Part shown: piece by piece, positions 19,052 through 28,692 of the stretch
Layout of the letters: each line of letters starts with the position of its first letter
How positions within the stretch are numbered: the stretch's first letter is position 1
From: an uncultured Fibrobacter sp.
Lineage (GTDB): Bacteria > Fibrobacterota > Fibrobacteria > Fibrobacterales > Fibrobacteraceae
DNA length: 64,000 nt
Assembly (NCBI GenBank): GCA_946405515.1
Contig: CAMJHM010000001.1
Span: forward strand, 13,289 to 77,288
Reading direction: 5' to 3'
Program-made: the position numbers and the translations under genes
The notes under the pieces: generated by a model
Database searches by the model: none
Told to the model about the DNA's origin: nothing
The model's input: the letters and a program-made list of their open reading frames with translations, nothing else

Positions 19052-20611
19052 CTAGAACTTATTAAAGAAATCCCATGTAGTCTGCGGAACCCAAGACTGC
19101 TGCTGGCCCGGATCCTTGTGGTCCCAGATGTGGCCGCCGTTCTGCGTGCACCAGCGAACCGGGAAGCGTTCCTCGACAGTCGTATAGTCGTAGCACACGT
19201 GCGGGCCGTTTCCGCCGTATTCCTGAGCCTTTTCGTTCTTGGCCTTGCCGCCTTCGGAGTTGAGTTCCAAGATAATGTCTCGCGCGGCACGTCCCATTTC
19301 CGGGCGGCACAAGTCATCTTGCAAGCCGAGCACACCCATCCAACCGACACCCATTTTCTTGCGTTCCGGGAGCCAGATGTTGCGTTCGGCGGTCTCGTAC
19401 ACGGCCACGGCGCGGAGCACTTCCTGGTGGTTCCATGAAAGTCCGTTACTGAACATGGAGCCGTAGCTAAAGCCTGTCGAGAACACGCGGCTAGAGTCAA
19501 TGCAGAAGTTACCTTCGAGATAAGCGAGAAGTTCATCGAAAAGCGTGTAGTCATCCTGAGCCCACGGGGCCTGGTTTCCGTTGCCCTCGGGGGCGACGAA
19601 GATGACAGTCTCATCCTTGTCAAACTGCTTCAGACCATAATAGCCTTCGTCCTGCACGCCGCCGGCCCAGCCGCCCATGCACTGCATTCCGAAAATGAGT
19701 TTGTATGGTTTGTTCTTGTCGTAGCTCTTGGGGATATCGATGCGCACGGTGCGCGTTCCCTTGCTCCACTTGAATTCGATGTAGGGCTTGTCGCCACGGT
19801 ACTTGTAGTCGAGCTTGGTGTCTTTACCGCAACCGCTACTGGGAACGGGGTCGTTCTTTAAGCCCCAACCGTAAGCATACTGCGGTTGTGGCGGCGCAGG
19901 CTTTTTCAAGACGAGCGTCAAGTTCGTATCTAAATTGGTCAGATGAACAGTGAGTGTATCGTAGCCATTCGCAATCACGCGAAGGTCGTCGTTGTCACCC
20001 ACTTTGAGTAAAGCCCGTGCGCGGGCCTTTTCGCCGAATGTGGCGGAAAAGCTCCCGTCGGCAGTGAACCTGAAGTTCTTTTGAGCATTACCGACCTTGA
20101 CGCGGGCAAAGTAAGTACCCCTAGCCTTGATAGATGCTTTCATGTCTACCGTTCCCGTGCCGTACAGGGTCTCGTCGAGCAGGCGGTTGCCCACCATGTC
20201 GTAGACCTGCACACGAACCGGGCTGCCTGAACTCTGGGAGAACGAAAGCACCCCATTGTTCACGGACAAATACCCCACAGGTCGCGATACCGCAAGCCCC
20301 TGGAGCGAATCTGTCAGATTTCCTCCAACAGAAACGGCCGGATCCTGCGGACCGACCGACCCTGGTGTCACGGAAGAATCCTGATTCCCCCCAGGATTCG
20401 GCGATGTCGCCTCGTCCTGGTGGAGGGTAAACGATCCCGTCGCATCGGTTTCCGCACGGAGGCCCTTGCCCAAAAGAGTGACCGAAGCCTTTTCGATAGC
20501 CTTGCCACTTTCGTCATTGACCTTGCCGGTTACGGTGAACGCACTCGCCTCAACTGCCGAGAGAGCAACAGAGAAAACGAGCGACACAGCTATTGCTAGT
20601 GTACTTTTCAT
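19052..20611 (-). CDS. Secreted esterase (CE1 / PHB-depolymerase-like) with N-terminal carboxypeptidase-regulatory-like and Ig-like domains
   Basis: Signal peptide, VTGKVNDESGKAI, catalytic TGFSYGS, FVAPEG, C-terminal GGH. Confidence 0.75.
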   Translation of the reverse strand: MKSTLAIAVSLVFSVALSAVEASAFTVTGKVNDESGKAIEKASVTLLGKGLRAETDATGSFTLHQDEATSPNPGGNQDSSVTPGSVGPQDPAVSVGGNLTDSLQGLAVSRPVGYLSVNNGVLSFSQSSGSPVRVQVYDMVGNRLLDETLYGTGTVDMKASIKARGTYFARVKVGNAQKNFRFTADGSFSATFGEKARARALLKVGDNDDLRVIANGYDTLTVHLTNLDTNLTLVLKKPAPPQPQYAYGWGLKNDPVPSSGCGKDTKLDYKYRGDKPYIEFKWSKGTRTVRIDIPKSYDKNKPYKLIFGMQCMGGWAGGVQDEGYYGLKQFDKDETVIFVAPEGNGNQAPWAQDDYTLFDELLAYLEGNFCIDSSRVFSTGFSYGSMFSNGLSWNHQEVLRAVAVYETAERNIWLPERKKMGVGWMGVLGLQDDLCRPEMGRAARDIILELNSEGGKAKNEKAQEYGGNGPHVCYDYTTVEERFPVRWCTQNGGHIWDHKDPGQQQSWVPQTTWDFFNKF

Positions 20612-20765
20612 ACCAAAACATCCTCATATTGCCAATATTCCTCATATTGCCTTATCAAGATATCCTCATAATGCGGGAAACGTCACACCCCCGGCGAATT
20701 TATCATGGACAATAAATCCACGGCAAAAAGTTTACAAACGGCAAGAAAAGAATTATCTTGTTTGC

Positions 20766-21800
20766 GTGAACCCTATCTTACAAAAAGCTGTTCAAAACGA
20801 GCGAATTACCCCCGCCGAGGCGCTCGACCTGCTGAAGAACGCCCCGTGGACCGAGGTCGCAAAGACCGCCGATGCCGTGCGCAGGCGCATGCACCCCGAC
20901 AACCGCGTAGGTTATACCGCCTTCCGCATCGTGAACTACACGAACGTCTGCGAAGTCACATGCAGTTTTTGCAGTTTTTGCAGGCCGGCACATAGCCCCG
21001 AAGCCTACGTACTTAGCTTGGACGAAATCCGGCAGAAGACGATTGAAGCGAAGGCAAAAGGCGCCGACCAGATTTTTTTGCAAGGGGGCGTGAACCGGGA
21101 AATCCCACTTAGCTATTATACCGATGTACTCAAGATGCTCACGCAAGAAATGGGCGTGAAGGTACGCGGGTTCTCGCCGGTGGAACTCGTGCGCATTGCA
21201 GAGTTCAACAACATTACTTTGGACGAACTGCTAGACATTTTTAAAGAGGCCGGGCTCAGTTCCGTGCCGGGAGCAGGTGCCGAAATCCTCTCCGACCGCA
21301 TGCGACAAATGCTCAGTCCCAAGAAGCTCCCCGCGCAGCAGTGGTGCGATACGCTCGCCGCCTGCCACAAGAAGGGACTCCCCGGCAGTGCAAACATCGT
21401 GTTCGGCAGTGTGGAGACGCCCGAAGAAATCATCGAGCATTTGGATTACGTGCGCAAGACGCAGGACATCGCGCAAGGGTTCAAGAGTTTCGTGGTGTGG
21501 ACATTCCAGCCGCAGACGGACAAGTTCCCCATCCGGCACGTGCGCGGCGACGAATACCTCAAGTTGCTCGCGCTCAGCCGCCTTTACCTTGACAATATCC
21601 CGCACATCGAAGTCTCGCTGCTCGGCATGGGGCTATCGCTCGGCGAACTCGGGCTGCACAGCGGCGCCGACGACATCAACAGCATCGTGATAGAAGAAAA
21701 CGTGTTACAGAACCACGGGCTCACGACCATCGAGGCGGCCGAAGAATTTATACGGAATGCAGGATTCACGCCGTACCGGCGCAGTTTAAATTTTGACTAA
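20766..21800 (+). CDS. mqnC: Radical SAM protein, CofH/MqnC family (likely cyclic dehypoxanthinyl futalosine synthase)
   Basis: NYTNVCEVTCSFC, LQGG, PGAGAEIL, EENV. GTG 20766 is the likely start; the upstream extension overlaps the divergent gene. Confidence 0.75.
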   Translation: MNPILQKAVQNERITPAEALDLLKNAPWTEVAKTADAVRRRMHPDNRVGYTAFRIVNYTNVCEVTCSFCSFCRPAHSPEAYVLSLDEIRQKTIEAKAKGADQIFLQGGVNREIPLSYYTDVLKMLTQEMGVKVRGFSPVELVRIAEFNNITLDELLDIFKEAGLSSVPGAGAEILSDRMRQMLSPKKLPAQQWCDTLAACHKKGLPGSANIVFGSVETPEEIIEHLDYVRKTQDIAQGFKSFVVWTFQPQTDKFPIRHVRGDEYLKLLALSRLYLDNIPHIEVSLLGMGLSLGELGLHSGADDINSIVIEENVLQNHGLTTIEAAEEFIRNAGFTPYRRSLNFD

Positions 21801-21807
21801 GGCGAGA

Positions 21808-21925
21808 GTCATGATCATGACATGCGAAGCATGTCGATGAGCACGACCGAGCCGCCAAAAAATGCATCCCGAAGGGATGCCACTTTGATTAATGCGAAAG
21901 TCACGGGCATAACAAGCGAAGCTTG
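21808..21925. repeat. REP-like cluster of GAA-loop mini-hairpins
   Basis: GACATGC-GAA-GCATGTC, GCATCCC-GAA-GGGATGC and CAAGC-GAA-GCTTG between convergent genes. Confidence 0.5.
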
Positions 21926-22063
21926 CTACCCACTTTCTCCCCAAGAACAATTGGGTTGATCATCCGGGCAACCTATCGTAGGATCGGAATCACACAGCAT
22001 CTGCGTGTACTCCATATCCACAATTTCCATTTCAGGAGCAATGTATTCCTTCTTCTGTTCCAT
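21926..22063 (-). CDS. 45-aa small peptide MEQKKEYIAPEMEIVDMEYTQMLCDSDPTIGCPDDQPNCSWGESG
   Basis: Manually found below the ORF-track cutoff. Strong RBS GAAGGAG; YxxP leader-like motif; three Cys. Confidence 0.65.
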   Translation of the reverse strand: MEQKKEYIAPEMEIVDMEYTQMLCDSDPTIGCPDDQPNCSWGESG

Positions 22064-22168
22064 TTTTTCTCCTTCACCTGTTCCTAAGGAACAGCATCTA
22101 TACTAATTATAACACAAAAAAACGGAACAGGCAACGGGAGGCTCGGTTTTCCCCCTAAAAAAAGACAA

Positions 22169-22188
22169 CCCCGGTCAATAAACCGGGG
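22169..22188 (-). terminator. Rho-independent terminator after the 20-aa ORF
   Basis: CCCCGGT-N6-ACCGGGG followed by a T7 run on the minus strand. Confidence 0.65.
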
Positions 22189-22237
22189 GTACCTTGTTTT
22201 CCAAAGTGATCCCAAAAAATCAAGCCAGCTTTACCGA

Positions 22238-22300
22238 TTAGGCGTGCTTAGCGTACTTCTTGAATCCCTTGACCAGCAGGACAGCGAGGATGCAGTACAT
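22238..22300 (-). CDS. 20-aa small peptide MYCILAVLLVKGFKKYAKHA
   Basis: RBS AAGGAG 6 nt upstream, its own terminator, and codons typical of highly expressed genes (ATC, CTC, GTC, TTC, AAG, TAC). Confidence 0.55.
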   Translation of the reverse strand: MYCILAVLLVKGFKKYAKHA

Positions 22301-22524
22301 TTTATTCTCCTTTTAACCTTGTTTTCCGACGTTTTATCGCCATTTTCTTTTGTCGGCGCCAATATTAACAATTTTTTACTAACGTTTCAAGGGAAAAAAG
22401 TATATAAGAAATGCTTTTTTTTCATTACCTGCCAAACTACCCCCTCCCCGACAACGGATTTCACGGCTCCATTTGCCCACAACCGATTACATCTCGCACA
22501 AGGAAAATTGGTAAATTTGGGAGC

Positions 22525-24333
22525 ATGAAACGCGTTTTAATTACTTGCCTCGCCCTCGCAGCTCTCGCAGCAGCACGGCCATCGCTCCAGTTGGACCGCG
22601 AACGCATCGAAGCCGGGCAGACATTCGGCCTCCAGTTTATCGTCCCCCTGCAGGAACTCCCGGGCAACAGGGAAGTCCCCCAACTAGAGACAAAGAACGG
22701 CTTTACCTTCATGGGCCTCGACAGTACAGACCAAGTCATCCGTCCCGGTTTTGACGACATGTTCGAATCGTTCTTCGGTGGCGGCAGCAGGGCCTACAAG
22801 GCGCGCATTTACACATTCAAGGTCCGGGCCCCCAAAAGGACGGGACAGATTGACGTGGGACAGATTATCTGGACAATCAACGGGGAACCGCAGGCCGTCA
22901 GCGGGAGCATTCCCGTCAACGTGCAGCGTTCCTACAACGACGACGCCTTGGCCGTGAGCCTCACCCCGAGCAAAAAGAGCATCTACGAAGGGGAACAGTT
23001 CTACGTCACGCTTGGCTTCCACACCTTCGAACATTTCGAAGGGAACCTCCAGGCCACCGACATGAACACCGGCAGCGACTTTATCGTCCACAGGAGCGAC
23101 CTCTCCAACATGGAATTCAAGCCGGTCGAAGGTGCCCGCCGCGAAATGCAGGCGAGCGCGAAATTCGCCTGGCTCAGCCCCACCAAGAGCGGCAACCTCC
23201 AGATTCCGCCGTTCAAGTTCAAGTATACCAAACGCGGCGAGCCCAAGGTTGTCGAAGAGAAAAAACAGATGGGCAACATGTCGTTCTCGAGCCGGAGCGT
23301 GAAGCAGGAATCCATCGAGACCGAAGCGACCACCCCCGTAGTGAACATCAGCGTAAAGCCGCTCCCTGCCGAGGGAAGGCCCGCAAACTTCTCGGGAATG
23401 GTGGGCAACTACAGCTTTAATGCAGACTTCGACAAAGACCACCTGAAGGTCGGCGAAGCGCTCACACTCTCCATCACCATCAGGGGCGACGGAACACCCG
23501 GCACCATCACCGACCCGAAACTGCCCAGCTTTGACGACTTCCGTTCCGTGCCGCCCGAAAACAGCATCGACAAGAAGGTATCCGGCAGCAAGGTCGTGAC
23601 AACCAAGAGCATCAAGATATTCCTCTACCCCAAAAAGAAGGGCACGTTCGAAATCCCGGAAATTTCGTACTCGTGGTTCGACCCCGCCAAAAGGGCCTAC
23701 CAGTCCGAAACGCTCGGCCCTTGGACCATCGAGGTTGAGAAGGGCGACGCCACGGCCGAAGCGGCGTTCATGCCGGCAGCCACCCGCCCCACCACAGTGC
23801 AAAAGCAAGAAATCGAAGCGCTCGGCAGCGATATCCGTTTTATCCACGCCGTCAAGGGCAATGGGGAATCCCCGGCTCCGCACAGGAACATCGTTTTCTG
23901 GATTCTCTTTGCCGCAGCCATCCCGTTCTACCTCGTGGCGGTCTGCCTCATCCGCAGCCACCGCAAGCATAGCAGCGATGCCGCACTCATCCGCAAGGGC
24001 AAGGCGAAGAAAATGCTCAAGGGCAAGTTCGCAAGCGCACATGAGGCAATGAAAAACGGCGACACCAAGGCATTCTACGCAGCGCTCGAAGCAGGCCTCA
24101 TCGACTACCTGAGCGACATCAACAACCTGGAATTCAAGGGCATGACCCGCGACCAGATGAAGCTGGAACTCGGGAAACTCGGGCTTGACGAGGGCGCCAT
24201 CGACAAGATTGACAAGTGGCTCGAAAAGTGCGCGTTCGCACGGTTTGCGCCAGTGTCCACCACCCGCGACGAACAGGACGCAATGCTCAAGAGCGTGGAA
24301 GAGCTGTGTGAATTAGTGGGAAGCAGGAAGTAG
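22525..24333 (+). CDS. batD: BatD family protein
   Basis: Signal peptide from ATG 22525, repeated Ig-like domains, LPAEGRPANFSGMVG, late TM helix, FARFAP C-terminus; followed by BatE. Confidence 0.85.
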   Translation: MKRVLITCLALAALAAARPSLQLDRERIEAGQTFGLQFIVPLQELPGNREVPQLETKNGFTFMGLDSTDQVIRPGFDDMFESFFGGGSRAYKARIYTFKVRAPKRTGQIDVGQIIWTINGEPQAVSGSIPVNVQRSYNDDALAVSLTPSKKSIYEGEQFYVTLGFHTFEHFEGNLQATDMNTGSDFIVHRSDLSNMEFKPVEGARREMQASAKFAWLSPTKSGNLQIPPFKFKYTKRGEPKVVEEKKQMGNMSFSSRSVKQESIETEATTPVVNISVKPLPAEGRPANFSGMVGNYSFNADFDKDHLKVGEALTLSITIRGDGTPGTITDPKLPSFDDFRSVPPENSIDKKVSGSKVVTTKSIKIFLYPKKKGTFEIPEISYSWFDPAKRAYQSETLGPWTIEVEKGDATAEAAFMPAATRPTTVQKQEIEALGSDIRFIHAVKGNGESPAPHRNIVFWILFAAAIPFYLVAVCLIRSHRKHSSDAALIRKGKAKKMLKGKFASAHEAMKNGDTKAFYAALEAGLIDYLSDINNLEFKGMTRDQMKLELGKLGLDEGAIDKIDKWLEKCAFARFAPVSTTRDEQDAMLKSVEELCELVGSRK

Positions 24334-24337
24334 TAAC

Positions 24338-25108
24338 ATGAAGTTGAAATCTTTTCTATTCGCATTGATCGTACTGATTGGTGGTACTGTCGCTAGTTTT
24401 GCGGAGAGTGCGGGTTGTGCCGGGATCGACGCCGGGACAAAGGCCTACAACGAAGGTGAATACGAACGCGCTATTGACGAATGGCAAAACTGCGTCGACA
24501 ACGGCTACCAGAACGCAGACCTCTACTACAACCTAGGCAACGCCTATTTCCGTAACGGCCAGCTCGGATTTGCCATCTATAATTACAAGACCGCACTACG
24601 ACTCCGCCCCAACGACGAAGACTACATGCACAACCTGGAATTCGCCCAGGCCATGACTAAAGACAAGGTGGACGACGAAGAGGAGAACCCGATTCTCTCG
24701 GCGCTGTTCAAGGCACACCATGCGTTGTCGCTCAAGGTTCAGCTCTTTGTGCTGCTCGGCCTATTCTGGCTCATTGCGATTGTCTCTGTATTGCGCATCC
24801 TCGTCCACGGGGACCGCGCGAAGAACGCCTGCACAGGAACAGTGTTCTTTGTCGCCATCGTATTCGGCGTCATCGGCACAAGTGCCGCCTACAAGGCGTT
24901 CGTCGCCGAAACCGAAATCACGGGAGTCGTCACAGCGAAAGACGCAGACATCACCAGCGCCCCGAGCGACAAGTCTCAGACGCTCAACACGCTTTCCGAA
25001 GGTACGAGCTTCGAAGTGCTCTCGGAACAGGGCAACTTCGTCGAAATCCGCCTAGGCGACGCCATCCGCGGCTTCGTGAAAAAATCCAACGTGGGAATTG
25101 TCAGGTAA
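24338..25108 (+). CDS. batE: BatE-like TPR + SH3 protein
   Basis: LYYNLGNAYFR TPR, two TM helices, C-terminal SH3-like domain. Confidence 0.85.
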   Translation: MKLKSFLFALIVLIGGTVASFAESAGCAGIDAGTKAYNEGEYERAIDEWQNCVDNGYQNADLYYNLGNAYFRNGQLGFAIYNYKTALRLRPNDEDYMHNLEFAQAMTKDKVDDEEENPILSALFKAHHALSLKVQLFVLLGLFWLIAIVSVLRILVHGDRAKNACTGTVFFVAIVFGVIGTSAAYKAFVAETEITGVVTAKDADITSAPSDKSQTLNTLSEGTSFEVLSEQGNFVEIRLGDAIRGFVKKSNVGIVR

Positions 25109-25114
25109 GCCACG

Positions 25115-25729
25115 CTATTCCAGCGGGGTATCCTCGATAATCTCCTTCGCCATTGACTTGACGACATCTTCCCAGTTCCCTTTGGTCATCGCAAAAGAAA
25201 AACTGCTGCTAACGCCAAAGACGCCATGGCCCATAATACGGCGGCTATCCACATCTGTAAAGACGTAGGTTCCCTTGGCCATCAAGTACTTGTTATTGAG
25301 GCAACCGCCCTGCCCTACACACGGGGCCATATCTCTCCAAAACTGAATCGGATGAACCGTAAGAACCATCCCGTGCAGGCCTTTAATCTTTTCGGGATTC
25401 GGGAGCTGGAAGTCAACCATATTTTTCCCTATAGGCAATTGGGCAAATGCAAAATTTTCATCCTTTTCGATTCTCATTTCGGCATTCAACCCAGTACGCA
25501 ACCGCAACTCCATTTGCAACTGCGACGCCATCCACTCCCCAAATTTCGTGGTGTATTCCGGGAGGTCGTCTTCAAGGTCATCCGTATTTGCCACATAGGG
25601 TTCTGTAATAAGGACGGTCAAAGATTTCGGTTTTTTGGTCCATGTGGGGTCAACATTCAAACGAGTGCCACCACATGCCACCAAAAGCATCGCAGCAAAA
25701 CACAGGAATAAAACAAGCAGCCGATTCAT
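25115..25729 (-). CDS. Hypothetical lipoprotein
   Basis: LLVAC lipobox; 204 aa. Confidence 0.7.
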   Translation of the reverse strand: MNRLLVLFLCFAAMLLVACGGTRLNVDPTWTKKPKSLTVLITEPYVANTDDLEDDLPEYTTKFGEWMASQLQMELRLRTGLNAEMRIEKDENFAFAQLPIGKNMVDFQLPNPEKIKGLHGMVLTVHPIQFWRDMAPCVGQGGCLNNKYLMAKGTYVFTDVDSRRIMGHGVFGVSSSFSFAMTKGNWEDVVKSMAKEIIEDTPLE

Positions 25730-25741
25730 AAATCATTTCCC

Positions 25742-27079
25742 CTATAGATTTTTCGTGTTTGTTTCAGGATAGCCCGGAACAGGCCTCGGTTTCCAGAACC
25801 GGAATCCAAAACCGATACTGATTGTGCCTAATAGAGCCGGATCAACCTCATGCTCCTCGTGATAATATTCGAAACTTCCCGGTACCATGCCCATAGCGAA
25901 TTGCAAATGGAGGAACGTGTCCCAAGATTCCGCAATAGGGAAGAATATGCAGCTCTGGATTACGGCACGGGGACTTATATAATTTTTCTGTATAGGAAGA
26001 TCTTCCTTGTTCGGATACACATCCATAAACGCATAGCCGAGCAAGAAATCAAACGTCACGTATCGATATACCCCGGCAGAAAAACCAAGCATCAAAGCCC
26101 AGGCCTTCTCAGAGAAGTTTCCGCCATGGCTATTGCCACCGAAAGACATTGAATATTCGTACTGCGCCGAGAGGAAACGGAACTGATACTTTAACCCCAA
26201 GGAGAGCAAGTTCGACATGTCGACATTGTCTTCATCAAAGCCGTCAATCACGGGATATCCGAGGAAGCAGAACATCGAAAGCGACATCCACACAGACTTC
26301 TTGGCAATTTGCTGGCGGACCTTTTCCGCAACCATTTCATGTTTTTCCCCTTCGGTCGGATAGATGCGAAACATTTCTCTTTCCACAAACGCCTTGTGTC
26401 GGGAGTTAGGATATTTCTCTAGAAAATTCTTTTTCTCCTGAGGGAACCATCCGAGACCTGAATACCATTCATCGTTCCGCTTATGGAAATACTCATAGTT
26501 ATATGTCTCCATCAAATAATGGAAATAAAGAAGTGCGACATCCTTATCTTCGCGGGAAAGTGACATAGTATTTAGACCATCAACAAGACTTGCTTCCGAC
26601 AAGCTCTTGAACATGACTTCCTCGTTCTTGGCATTGAAACGATCTATCACAGATTCAAATGTCCTTGGGCGGGTCTCAGTCGCATAGCGGTCTATCAACT
26701 GCCAATATTCGCTAATCTGATTACGATTCAACAAGAGCCCCGCATATTCATCACGAGAAAAAAAGTTTTTGCCGGGAAGCACAGCCTGGAGGCATTGCTC
26801 TATCAAGGCGATTTCTCTTGCATACGCCTCAAGACACAGGGATCTATCTTCAACACCCGATTCGCCTTCCCAAACCTTCACACTGAGGCCAGGGACTCCT
26901 GCGGAAACAGAGACCGTGTTGACAGAATAGGCCTTCTGGCAGTTCTTGAATTTTTGCACCATTTCGCGTTTCTTTTGTACAAACTGGCTTTCGTCTTTAG
27001 GGCACACAAACATTGCAGCCCACAAGCTAGGCGACAAAAACAAGGACATTCCAACAATTAAAATAGTACGTATGAACAT
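25742..27079 (-). CDS. Hypothetical exported protein with putative C-terminal beta-barrel; paralog of 27100-28572
   Basis: Signal peptide. Shared motifs SREDKD..L.YF.YL, F.EKYP..RH and G.IS.G.G.RFWKP. Confidence 0.7.
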   Translation of the reverse strand: MFIRTILIVGMSLFLSPSLWAAMFVCPKDESQFVQKKREMVQKFKNCQKAYSVNTVSVSAGVPGLSVKVWEGESGVEDRSLCLEAYAREIALIEQCLQAVLPGKNFFSRDEYAGLLLNRNQISEYWQLIDRYATETRPRTFESVIDRFNAKNEEVMFKSLSEASLVDGLNTMSLSREDKDVALLYFHYLMETYNYEYFHKRNDEWYSGLGWFPQEKKNFLEKYPNSRHKAFVEREMFRIYPTEGEKHEMVAEKVRQQIAKKSVWMSLSMFCFLGYPVIDGFDEDNVDMSNLLSLGLKYQFRFLSAQYEYSMSFGGNSHGGNFSEKAWALMLGFSAGVYRYVTFDFLLGYAFMDVYPNKEDLPIQKNYISPRAVIQSCIFFPIAESWDTFLHLQFAMGMVPGSFEYYHEEHEVDPALLGTISIGFGFRFWKPRPVPGYPETNTKNL

Positions 27080-27099
27080 CGTTGCTCCTAAAAGGTTCC

Positions 27100-28572
27100 T
27101 TACTGGAACACACCTTCTTGCGAAACATAGGCCGATTTTGTTTTAGGTTTCCAGAAGCGAACCCCTATACCAAAACTGATTGAACCCATAGGAAATTTTC
27201 CATCGCGTTCAAAACGAGTCTTATAATCCTTGGCAAACGGAACAAATCTAAACATCCACTCAACATGGGGAAAAACATCTATAGATTCTGTTAACGAAAT
27301 AAAATAATTTGCCTGCACCGCTCCAGCAAAATGCCTTTTATCTTTATAGGATCTATGCCTTTCGATATCGGGATACTGATCAATGTTAGCAAGGCCAGTA
27401 AGAAGATCAACCGACCATATTTTATAATAGCCCACCGAAAAGCCACCCATAAGATTATATGCTTTATACGAAAAAGCCCCTCCTTTTACATTGCCACCAA
27501 ACGACATGTCATACTGATATTGAAAGACAAAGAAACGGTACTGCCCTTTCAAGCCCAACGATATTAGATTGCGGACGTCAAATATTTTTTCATAATCTGC
27601 ATCTTGATTCAAAGGAATGCCGAAGGCGCCAAAAGCGGACAATGACATCTGGAATTTTTTCTCTGCAATTTCTCTTTCCTCTTGTGCCGCAATTTCCTTA
27701 TACCTTTCGGCCTCCAAAAGATCGTTGTACACCAACTCCACTTCGTGATTGTATTGTTCAGCAATCTCCTTTTCATCAGGGTTTTCCGCCTCAAACACCA
27801 TCTCCTTTTTAATGAAAGGCCTATGGCGTGTATCTGGATATTTTTCGAAAAATTTCACCCGTTCCCGCTCCACCCAGATTCGGCGGCCACATTCAGAAGA
27901 ATTATCCGAATGGGCTCTACAATATCGCATGTCGTATTTCATCTTCAAATACCGGAAATAAAACAACAGCATATCTTTGTCTTCTCGAGAAACCGAAAGT
28001 GAATTCAACTCCGACATAAAGTACTTCTCATTCATGTTCGTGAAGATATATGTTTCATCGGCATTATTGTAAGGGTCAATGATATCCGTCTTAGATTCAG
28101 GCTTACGTTGCGGATTATACTCATCAATCATTTTCCAAAGATACGGAAGAAGATTCAACCTGATAAGGTAACCGACCATTTCGTCCCGTGAAAACAGGTC
28201 TTTCTTAGGGAATGTTTTAGAAAGGCACGCAGCAACAGTATCCATTTCCAGCGCAAGCATATCCATGCATACGTCCCTTTCGAACATGCCTGTTTCTTTC
28301 TGGGTTATCTGAAAACTTTTAATCGGAGTCACCACCGACATCGTGACAATCTGATGTTTGTTTTGACACTCCCTAAACTTATTCAGCAAATCGCGTTTCT
28401 TGGCCGCATAGTGATATTCATTCTCGGGGCAGTCAAGGCCCTCTACGGCCGCACACCCATCCGCACCCTCATTAAGATAATCATGGAGGCAATAGCGTTC
28501 TTGTTCAGCACAAAGACTGCCTGCAAGTAGCGCCACAATTAAGGCAATCTTCAACCCCAGAGACAACGGCAT
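27100..28572 (-). CDS. Hypothetical exported protein with putative C-terminal beta-barrel; paralog of 25742-27079
   Basis: Same motifs as its neighbour; 490 aa. Confidence 0.7.
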   Translation of the reverse strand: MPLSLGLKIALIVALLAGSLCAEQERYCLHDYLNEGADGCAAVEGLDCPENEYHYAAKKRDLLNKFRECQNKHQIVTMSVVTPIKSFQITQKETGMFERDVCMDMLALEMDTVAACLSKTFPKKDLFSRDEMVGYLIRLNLLPYLWKMIDEYNPQRKPESKTDIIDPYNNADETYIFTNMNEKYFMSELNSLSVSREDKDMLLFYFRYLKMKYDMRYCRAHSDNSSECGRRIWVERERVKFFEKYPDTRHRPFIKKEMVFEAENPDEKEIAEQYNHEVELVYNDLLEAERYKEIAAQEEREIAEKKFQMSLSAFGAFGIPLNQDADYEKIFDVRNLISLGLKGQYRFFVFQYQYDMSFGGNVKGGAFSYKAYNLMGGFSVGYYKIWSVDLLTGLANIDQYPDIERHRSYKDKRHFAGAVQANYFISLTESIDVFPHVEWMFRFVPFAKDYKTRFERDGKFPMGSISFGIGVRFWKPKTKSAYVSQEGVFQ

Positions 28573-28692
28573 AAAAGCTCCACATCGTTTAGGTTTCCCA
28601 TACCCCGTTGTAAATATAACATAAAGTCATTCACCGCAGGCGAATGTAATTTTTTTTGTTCGGAATAACGAGATTTATCAGGAACAAATGTT

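Noticed and set aside
20466-20765. N-terminal extension of the radical SAM ORF
   Set aside because: It overlaps the divergent esterase gene; family similarity starts near GTG 20766.
20766-22063. Radical SAM as maturase of the 45-aa peptide
   Set aside because: The enzyme has CofH/MqnC motifs, no SPASM or RRE domain, and is convergently oriented.
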